Source: a virus (lineage: Duplodnaviria; Caudoviricetes). Taken from it: a stretch of DNA of 41,872 nucleotides. Positions within the stretch are counted from its first letter, which is position 1. Each line of letters opens with the position of its first letter. The stretch is taken from positions 1 through 41,872 of IMG/VR virus record IMGVR_UViG_3300027820_000014; one strand, given 5' to 3'. The notes under the pieces are model-generated. The model had not been told where the DNA came from. It ran no database searches and saw only the letters and a program-made list of their open reading frames with translations. Positions 34,878-41,872 of this stretch are shown here, in pieces. The translations under genes and the position numbers were made by a program.

Positions 34878-35381
34878 TTATTCGGTGCCGATAAGGACAA
34901 TCTTATAAGTCCCTGAAGCGCCTGAATCTGTGTTATTAATAGTTAAAAGATCGCCGGTTGATGCGGTCACAGACAGCCCAGCAAGATCAGGGGCAGTCAA
35001 GAGCAACATACCGCCTGGGGGGACGTTTACCTTGTCGCCAGAAGCCCCCACCCATGAGTCGAAGCCGTTACTTCCCGCACCGCCAACTTCAATGTTGTCG
35101 CCGTTGTTTGCGCCAGCGAAAACTGCCATTGCTTTAATTTTTGTAAACGTAATAGCTGAACCAAACACATCAGTTAAACCACCAGCCAAGTCCAAATTTT
35201 CAGATGTCGAAGCTGCGAGTGTCCGCTCATCGCTAAAGGCTTGATTCGCTTGATCGGCGCCCGTGCCGTCCAGTAATTGGGTGGTTAGGGCCTGAGTAAT
35301 AGTATTAAGCGCCGTGTTTATATCGCCCGAGCTGGATTGCTCTACGGACACAGCGACAGAGATTGTTGCACTCTGAGACAT
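34878..35381 (-). CDS. Hypothetical virion structural protein
   Basis: 167 aa; beta-rich; within the head-tail operon. Confidence 0.65.
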   Translation of the reverse strand: MSQSATISVAVSVEQSSSGDINTALNTITQALTTQLLDGTGADQANQAFSDERTLAASTSENLDLAGGLTDVFGSAITFTKIKAMAVFAGANNGDNIEVGGAGSNGFDSWVGASGDKVNVPPGGMLLLTAPDLAGLSVTASTGDLLTINNTDSGASGTYKIVLIGTE

Positions 35382-35390
35382 GGGGAACTC

Positions 35391-35789
35391 CTAATATTGA
35401 ACGTTGAATTTGCTATAAATACTGATAAAGGGTGATTCGTCTTCGTCGCCGTATTCAAAGCCTGCGTAGGTGAAGCCGGAAACGATATTGTCTAAAGAAA
35501 TATTTGGATCTGATTCAAAAATGCTAGATATAGCATCGGCAAAATCATCTAAATTGTCGTCTGTGTTGTCCTTCCAAGGGAGATGAATACCGACAACAAG
35601 TTCTGCAAAATTAATTAAAACCAGCCCGTCATACTCCGACTGCCCATCTGAAAAAAACACGTTGGCATAAGGGAGGCCATCTGTCGCATCAACGGCCCGC
35701 GTGCAGTGGGTGTTTCCCGCTGTAAAAACATCGCCAACTAGGGTGGCCACATGCTCACGTATTAGCTTTCTTATACTGCCCGTCATCAT
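35391..35789 (-). CDS. Tail terminator-like protein
   Basis: Acidic 132 aa following gpZ; synteny. Confidence 0.65.
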   Translation of the reverse strand: MMTGSIRKLIREHVATLVGDVFTAGNTHCTRAVDATDGLPYANVFFSDGQSEYDGLVLINFAELVVGIHLPWKDNTDDNLDDFADAISSIFESDPNISLDNIVSGFTYAGFEYGDEDESPFISIYSKFNVQY

Positions 35790-36340
35790 CTCACCTGATA
35801 TTTTCTGAGCCTAAACTCAAGGTCTGTTTTTAATAGCCTGGCGTAGTCAGACTTCATTACCCTGGTAACGACCTTTGGGACAATTCTTTGGGCAGGCCCG
35901 TCGATCTCTACCTTGATTGCCTCTATGGGCAATCTGGCAGCACCTTTACGTCTAAACACCTGAACGTTCTGGTTCTTCCCACGATTAATAAAAGCACCCT
36001 CCCACATATATCCTTTAGCTCTAACGCCTTGGCGGTTGGTGCCAGTACCCATTTTGTTGGTGATCTGGGCTTTCGTTAGTAGCTTGCTTGCCGAGACCGG
36101 GCGGACGTAGCTCTTCAGTTCTGCTACTTGCTTTTTGGAGGTTGCCTTGCCTATCTTGACCCGCTTCCTAATCTCTTTGAGAGGAACGCGAGTTTCTTTG
36201 GATATGCCTCTCATGCTTCGCGTTTTTGCTATCGCCGCTGATTTGTTCAGGGCAGAAGCACTAGCTCGGGGCACTTCAATTCGGTTGATCTTTTTGAGTT
36301 TTTTTATATAGCTTTTGATCTGACGGTCTAGCTGTGACAT
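35786..36340 (-). CDS. Minor tail protein Z-like
   Basis: Very basic; RASASALNK, GAFI, VFRRKGAARLPI. Confidence 0.85.
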   Translation of the reverse strand: MSQLDRQIKSYIKKLKKINRIEVPRASASALNKSAAIAKTRSMRGISKETRVPLKEIRKRVKIGKATSKKQVAELKSYVRPVSASKLLTKAQITNKMGTGTNRQGVRAKGYMWEGAFINRGKNQNVQVFRRKGAARLPIEAIKVEIDGPAQRIVPKVVTRVMKSDYARLLKTDLEFRLRKYQVR

Positions 36341-36660
36341 TACACCACCACGCAGGTCGCCACTTGGCCATCATCTTGCAAAACTCGGCGAATGGTATAA
36401 GTAGAAACGGGGTCTGGTGATACACCCTTTTCTAGCTTGTCGTACTGGTTTAACTCGACAACATCAGGCTTGTAAACAGTCGCCAGAGTTTGGGGGACAT
36501 CTGATTCACCGAAGTCCGCCTGAACAATTACCCCAGGCTCAATGATGAGATAGATACCTTCTACCCTGTCACCAGTAACGGGCGCAAAAGCGCCGAGAGC
36601 GCCAAGGCGTTTTACTGCCCTCGCGTCTCGACTCTTAGTTGTTGCTTCAAAATCAGCCAT
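36340..36660 (-). CDS. Head-tail joining protein (gpFII-like)
   Basis: Size, synteny, C-terminal DDGQVA. Confidence 0.65.
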   Translation of the reverse strand: MADFEATTKSRDARAVKRLGALGAFAPVTGDRVEGIYLIIEPGVIVQADFGESDVPQTLATVYKPDVVELNQYDKLEKGVSPDPVSTYTIRRVLQDDGQVATCVVV

Positions 36661-37028
36661 TAAGCAACAGTGCCAGCTACACCTGTTAAGCGAACAGCAA
36701 TAGTTGCGTCTGTCGTTGCGCCTTTAGCTTCAAAGGCTACCGCAGAAGCGCCACTCACATCACCTGTGGCGGGCGTTGCTGCACTATCGTCGAATTTGCT
36801 GGCCGATACGTCATAGACCAGACTCTCACCTTGAGCAATGACCGCAGCATCAACTTTAGGCAGATTGAACACGCCGTCCACTTGAACGCTGCCAGTGCCA
36901 CCATTGGCAATATCTACCAAGGCCACGCCGATCAAACCGCCGATTACCACAACATCACCAGAGGACACAGCACTACCGCCGTTTGTCCACTGAATTACTT
37001 TTCCATCTTGCATATAGTTAGTCGCCAT
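36660..37028 (-). CDS. DUF2190-like capsid cement/decoration protein
   Basis: MATNYMQDG...VSSGDVV.IG.LIGVA..DI...GVFNLPK. Confidence 0.85.
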   Translation of the reverse strand: MATNYMQDGKVIQWTNGGSAVSSGDVVVIGGLIGVALVDIANGGTGSVQVDGVFNLPKVDAAVIAQGESLVYDVSASKFDDSAATPATGDVSGASAVAFEAKGATTDATIAVRLTGVAGTVA

Positions 37029-37088
37029 TTTTAGCGTCTCCTAATAAATTGAAATAAAGGGCCACAGAATTGCAGCCCTATGGGTTAA

Positions 37089-39182
37089 TTAAGACTTGGG
37101 GGTTTTAACCATGCCTTTGGCATCCCATGCTTTAGCAGCGGCATCCATACGAACCTTGAACTCTGTTCCGTCAATGTTCCATCCGGCTTGCTGTTCCAGT
37201 ACAGGGGCGCTATTACCGTCGAGATATAGCACCTCGATAGTATCGTGCATGTTCTGGTCAGCCAGGAGATACCAGCTATCGTGTGCTGTAGTGATTCGAG
37301 CGTCAGAGATAACTTGAGCCAATCCACGCGCACTGTTGGGGATGGTGTTGTTTTTAGTGGAAGCACCCACTTCAAACTCAGACTCAACAGCAACTTTAGC
37401 CGCAGACTCATCACCAGGGCCAGTCAACAAGTACTTAGGACGAATATTTAAAGTCGCTTCGCCATCTTTCTGGTTAGCCATAAGAACGCGGGCTGCGTCC
37501 AAACCAGCAGTGTTGATACCGGAAGCAGAAGCCAGGTTTGAGTGGTCTGCATGGAACAAAGCAGAGCCATCAGCCATCGTTGGGTTGTTGAGGAAAATGT
37601 TAAACACTAAATCCCCCACGGTGCGAACCGCAGCACGACCCATTTTCTGTGGAATGCGGGTAAACGCCCCCAGATCATCATTAATGATGGCCTGACGTGT
37701 AATGCTAAACAGTTCACCGTAAGTCGCTAGGACAGCGCTCTCTGCACGCTCACCGAGGGTAATGTGCTTATACTCGCCACCTTCGCCAACTTCGCGCAAG
37801 GATGGGAATGTACCCGTATCAACACGACTCAGGGTTTTAAAATCAGGTAATGTGCCGGAAGCTGTGAACAACTGGAACACTTCTTCAGCTTCTTCATAAC
37901 CTTTCAGCATGGCTTTGTTGGCAGAGTTTGCTAACAAGGAGCTGAAGTCAGAGCTGGTGTGGGTGAACGCAGCCGCTACAACGGCCATTTTGTCCATGCC
38001 CTGCGTACTAACGCCCCGACGCTCCAAAGACATGCGCCCAAGCTCAAACAGCGTATAGCCGCGCAAACCATTAGAGCTAAGGTTTTTACGCTCGTCATCA
38101 GTAGCAAGGCCAGCACGTGCGCTAATCGCAAAGCCAGCATCTTCTAAGAACTTGCCAGTCTCTGGGCTGTCGGTAACGCGAACTTGTCGCGCCTGAGTTG
38201 GAACCTGTGACTTGCCTAACTTATCTAGCAGCTTGTCTTTTGCTTGAACAATACTGCAATCCATGTCGTCGAGACACGCTGCCAGTGTATCTTTGTGGTC
38301 ATCAAAGCCTTCAAATACAGCTTTAATCTCTGTCTTGCGAGTTACCTCTTCAGCCTTAATTTCAGCCTTCAGGACATCTTCGCTTTTTACTGCTACTACT
38401 GGTTTTGAATCAGTGGTTGCAGCCTCTACTTTAGTTTCTTTGGTCATGTTAATGGCCTCTTTGGTGGTGGTTTTGCCTGCAACCGCAGACGGTATGAAAA
38501 CTTCTTTTTGATCTTTCTCAACAACAGGAGCATTTACCGACCCGCCAGTATTGGCAGATGGATCTGTTAGGCTGTCAAGGAGTGAGTCGGGAATATTCTT
38601 GTAGGCTGTTAAGGTGTCCGGCTTAATGTGTGCCGCCATATCCTCTACAGTTGCCGCTACCACTTCGTCAGCGAAGCCAGCATCTACGGCCTCCTGCCCG
38701 ATATACCAAGTCTCTGCATCCATGATGGTTTGCATGTCGTCATCGGACTTACCACTACGGGCGGAATAAACGCCTCGCATCGTTGTTTGTACGCGCCCCA
38801 CAAAGTCAGCAGCCTTTTGTAGATCAGCGCTTTCGCCAACGGCACCGCCGCTTGGGTTGTGAATCATTAGGTAGGCATTTTCAGCAATGTAGATGTAGTC
38901 AGCCGCCATGATAATCAGGCTCCCCATACTGGCCGCTACACCATCAACATAAGCCACAACGCGGCCTGGGTGCTGTTTGATCAAGTTATAAATAGCTGTT
39001 CCTTCCAATACATGACCGCCATCTGTAGTTACCCTAAGCTCTATTTCTGAACTGGAAGGAATACCAGACAAGGCACGCTTTACGTCTGCGGCCCTTACTT
39101 CGGTTCCAATGTCGCCATAAATGCTGACAAGATAAGCACCCGAAGATGCCTCTACCTTGAAGCCTTTGTATTCTTTAGACAT
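37089..39182 (-). CDS. ClpP-like prohead protease / major capsid fusion protein
   Basis: IYGDIG, AASMGS, MIHNP, ETWY...GFAD; capsid part HTSSDF, TYGELFSITRQAIINDDL. Confidence 0.95.
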   Translation of the reverse strand: MSKEYKGFKVEASSGAYLVSIYGDIGTEVRAADVKRALSGIPSSSEIELRVTTDGGHVLEGTAIYNLIKQHPGRVVAYVDGVAASMGSLIIMAADYIYIAENAYLMIHNPSGGAVGESADLQKAADFVGRVQTTMRGVYSARSGKSDDDMQTIMDAETWYIGQEAVDAGFADEVVAATVEDMAAHIKPDTLTAYKNIPDSLLDSLTDPSANTGGSVNAPVVEKDQKEVFIPSAVAGKTTTKEAINMTKETKVEAATTDSKPVVAVKSEDVLKAEIKAEEVTRKTEIKAVFEGFDDHKDTLAACLDDMDCSIVQAKDKLLDKLGKSQVPTQARQVRVTDSPETGKFLEDAGFAISARAGLATDDERKNLSSNGLRGYTLFELGRMSLERRGVSTQGMDKMAVVAAAFTHTSSDFSSLLANSANKAMLKGYEEAEEVFQLFTASGTLPDFKTLSRVDTGTFPSLREVGEGGEYKHITLGERAESAVLATYGELFSITRQAIINDDLGAFTRIPQKMGRAAVRTVGDLVFNIFLNNPTMADGSALFHADHSNLASASGINTAGLDAARVLMANQKDGEATLNIRPKYLLTGPGDESAAKVAVESEFEVGASTKNNTIPNSARGLAQVISDARITTAHDSWYLLADQNMHDTIEVLYLDGNSAPVLEQQAGWNIDGTEFKVRMDAAAKAWDAKGMVKTPKS

Positions 39183-39206
39183 AAATGTCTCCTATAAAAA
39201 AGCCCA

Positions 39207-40751
39207 CTATTTAGCAGGCTCATTGGGTGGTTCTTCTGGTTTGTTAGGCTCGCCTGAATCCGACGACTCTTCTGGCTTGTCCGGCGGCTCATCGGTAGGT
39301 TTCTCCGCGACTATCTGGCGGCTCTTTAGCTCTTTATGCCAAAGCTCTGTTTGATCCAATACGTCTTGAGGGTTGCCGCCTCTTTTCCTGATAATGGTTT
39401 GAGGGGCTTCTAGTACGCCCGCAACGTTTTTCTCGTTGGCTACAGCTTCTTTGCCTGGGTCAATCCACGGCATCGAAGGAGTAATATAAGACACGTTGAA
39501 GATCGTACTAAGGTCAACATCCCCTGGGGCTTGAAAGTCGCGGGATAATTGCAACATCTTAATCCACTTGATAACAGGCGGCTCGACAAACTCGTCGATG
39601 AATTCACAGCTTAGCGTTTCATAGTTCGACCACTGCTCTACTAGCTCTTGCCTTTGAGCTGAATAGGTGCCGTTATAATCTCTGGTGATAGTCGAGCCGT
39701 TTGACATGGTGCCAGCGGCGACCATTCTGTGCTGGCTAGAAAGGAATGGGGTTAATAGCCCCGAAGGTCTGTTGCTTTGCAGCATGCCGACATCTTCACC
39801 GGCCTCTAGGTCGTCCCAGATCATTCCTGGCTGGATACCAAAATACCTATTGGCCGCGCTCTCACCCTCTGGAATGTTTGGTGCCGTATATTCGTCAGGG
39901 CTACCCTTTTTAATATACCCGACCATTGCCGCTGCTATTCTTGCAGCGACACGCTCTGATTCTTCGTAGTCTTTAATATCGTTTATACGGTTCATCACGC
40001 AGGCGAAAATAGACACGCCCCGCGTTTGATGGAGCCGCTTAATCATTTTTAGGTGTGAAACATTTTCAGCACTATGGCGACGCGTTTTCATGCGCCAATG
40101 TTTATTCCCTCCAGGGTGTTCATCGTAAAGCCAATACCCTGACGGCTTGCCCCAGGCGGTTTTCTCGACCCCTTGGACAATGCGTTTATTTTCATCCTCA
40201 AGGTCATGGGGAAGAAAGTCAGGCTCCATTACCTCTATAGAAAACTGTACCGTGGTGGGGTTCTGAATACCGGGGGCGCTGCCCTCGATGTCTCTACGCA
40301 AGACTTCACCGTCTCGCAACCAAGTGAGTGCCGCAAGGCGTTGAGCCTTACCAAAGCTCATGGTTCTTGTGACTTCTGGCCTGCGCGACCACTCTTTAAA
40401 ACGATCATTTAGATAGCGGGCGAATTCCTGATGTAGGTCGCCGTTCTTATTTTTGGGTTGAAACTCGACACCGATACCACGGGGGCCAACAACGTTGTTC
40501 ACCAAGCTAGTTAAAATCCCTGATGCAAAGTCGTAGTTTTGCTCTAAATGTCTTGCTTGGCCCCTTAGTTCTGTGGCAGACAACTCCATTAAAGCATCAC
40601 CACTCGCATTGTCCGAAGGATTGCGTCTTGTCCTGGTTGGCTTGGTCGCTTCATACGCCCCCATAACCTTCAGAGCATTTCTTGCTTTTAATCGAGCTAC
40701 GCCTTTTTGTGGGCTAAAAAACCCAACCGCTTTATCAATAATATTACTCAT
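39207..40751 (-). CDS. Portal protein, lambda family
   Basis: LRGQARHL, RDGEV, QTRGVS, YSAQRQELVE, WIDPGKEA. Confidence 0.95.
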   Translation of the reverse strand: MSNIIDKAVGFFSPQKGVARLKARNALKVMGAYEATKPTRTRRNPSDNASGDALMELSATELRGQARHLEQNYDFASGILTSLVNNVVGPRGIGVEFQPKNKNGDLHQEFARYLNDRFKEWSRRPEVTRTMSFGKAQRLAALTWLRDGEVLRRDIEGSAPGIQNPTTVQFSIEVMEPDFLPHDLEDENKRIVQGVEKTAWGKPSGYWLYDEHPGGNKHWRMKTRRHSAENVSHLKMIKRLHQTRGVSIFACVMNRINDIKDYEESERVAARIAAAMVGYIKKGSPDEYTAPNIPEGESAANRYFGIQPGMIWDDLEAGEDVGMLQSNRPSGLLTPFLSSQHRMVAAGTMSNGSTITRDYNGTYSAQRQELVEQWSNYETLSCEFIDEFVEPPVIKWIKMLQLSRDFQAPGDVDLSTIFNVSYITPSMPWIDPGKEAVANEKNVAGVLEAPQTIIRKRGGNPQDVLDQTELWHKELKSRQIVAEKPTDEPPDKPEESSDSGEPNKPEEPPNEPAK

Positions 40752-40965
40752 AGAAGCTCGCTAGTGAGTGTCGGTTTCTTGTCTTTCCTGCGGCTGCATC
40801 TGATTCCGCTGAAGCTCTGCGCTCCCACTCTGCTCGACCCTTTCTAATGTCGGCAAGGTTTTCCATTGTCATTACACGGCCATTAATGGTGGTGGATTTA
40901 CCCTCTAAAACATCCTTCTCTGCTTGGATATACAGATCGACCATTGCTTGTGCTGATTGCGTCAT
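40744..40965 (-). CDS. Head-tail adaptor gpW-like
   Basis: YIQAE..VLEGKS..INGR...ENLADIRKGR; between terminase and portal. Confidence 0.8.
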   Translation of the reverse strand: MTQSAQAMVDLYIQAEKDVLEGKSTTINGRVMTMENLADIRKGRAEWERRASAESDAAAGKTRNRHSLASFYE

Positions 40966-41872
40966 ATCCACGGCTCGTTGTTGTCAGTGAATCTGTTGTT
41001 GTTAGCTTGCCGATTCACCGTGGGGGTTATTTGTTTTGGTGTGCTTGTTGTTCTTCGCAAAGAGGCCCACTCTTGATCTTTCATCAAATGTACACGCTTG
41101 GCCCTCGCAGCATGCAAGGCATAGACTTCGCAGTCCCACGCCTCTACTGCTTGACCATTCTTCTGTGTCCAGACTCTTCTGTTTCTAATGGTTTTATGGG
41201 GTATTTTCGCTTCACCTGTCATTTGGTCGAAGTAATCCCACCTCATCTGGTCTAGCTTGTAATAGTGGAACCCACCACTGAAACTATCGAGACCCATGTG
41301 CCCTGCAATCCAATCCTTGGCTTTATTTGTCCCAACCATAAACACCTTCACACCACGGCGCTGGGCCTTGGTTTTCTTGTCATGTCGTTTATGATCAAGT
41401 GAAAGGACTTGTGGTTGTGCAAATATTTCTGGATCGGATTGAGAACTGGAACCCTTGCCCGCCATAATAATGACGCTAGGGTGTTTCCGTTGTCTTGAGC
41501 GTACCCACTCATAGACAGCGTCAGAGGTTGCACCGTCCGACGAATCTATAGTTATAGCTGAAGCAGAAATGGTGCCACCATCTTCATGGGGAAAACTTCT
41601 AAAAACGAGACTGTCGAGTGCATCCCAGACACCATCGTTTTTGTCAATGGTGGTAATGGTTGCGGCTATCTCGCCCCAATGTGTGAGCCAGCTTCTATCC
41701 TCTTTCCCCCAGGCACGAATAAGAACTGACAGCCTATCGTGTTGTACGTCTATACCGATGGTCAGAAGCGGCCCATCTTTAGGGCAAGTGAATTCATCTC
41801 TTTGAGATTCCGGGTCTGACTTGGCAAACTCTCGGAAGTGATCCGCGTCTGCCCTTCCATCATCGTATCTAT
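40962..41872 (-). CDS. Terminase large subunit, 3' part
   Basis: VGTNKAKD, YFDQMTGE, EAWDCEVYALHA; in frame with 1-1289 after circularisation. Confidence 0.9.
   Translation of the reverse strand, partial: RYDDGRADADHFREFAKSDPESQRDEFTCPKDGPLLTIGIDVQHDRLSVLIRAWGKEDRSWLTHWGEIAATITTIDKNDGVWDALDSLVFRSFPHEDGGTISASAITIDSSDGATSDAVYEWVRSRQRKHPSVIIMAGKGSSSQSDPEIFAQPQVLSLDHKRHDKKTKAQRRGVKVFMVGTNKAKDWIAGHMGLDSFSGGFHYYKLDQMRWDYFDQMTGEAKIPHKTIRNRRVWTQKNGQAVEAWDCEVYALHAARAKRVHLMKDQEWASLRRTTSTPKQITPTVNRQANNNRFTDNNEPWI
41746..41872. repeat. 127-bp direct terminal repeat (copy 2)
   Basis: Identical to 1-127. Confidence 0.95.

Noticed and set aside
37089-39182. ClpP-capsid fusion as a novelty
   Set aside because: Common in gpA-terminase lambdoid phages.

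Overview
The window is an apparently complete, circularly assembled ~41.7 kb temperate lambda-like siphophage genome: the first 127 bp repeat exactly at the end, and the terminase gene reads through the junction. The host is probably a gammaproteobacterium (sigma70 promoters, CTG-N10-CAG boxes, attP matching a tRNA-Pro(GGG) 3' end). Modules: cos/terminase, portal, ClpP-capsid fusion, GTA-like tail, attP/integrase/xis, ERF-SSB recombination, cro/cII/replication, nin-like genes, Q-like regulator and lysis. Main finding: an integron-type array of five single-gene cassettes separated by attC-like sites (20095-21683) in the early operon. Each cassette's ends are perfectly complementary, as expected for GTT-crossover recombination via circular intermediates. 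No integron integrase is recognisable, and two attC sites appear to supply the RBS and start codon for the next cassette. Other notable items: a probable second programmed -1 frameshift fusing a secreted beta-propeller to a helical domain, an alpha/beta-hydrolase where spanins normally sit, three tandem LexA-like boxes on the late promoter, a non-canonical immunity region, and a C5-methyltransferase with a nested out-of-frame subunit. All product calls come from motif recognition and synteny by eye; no database searches were run.
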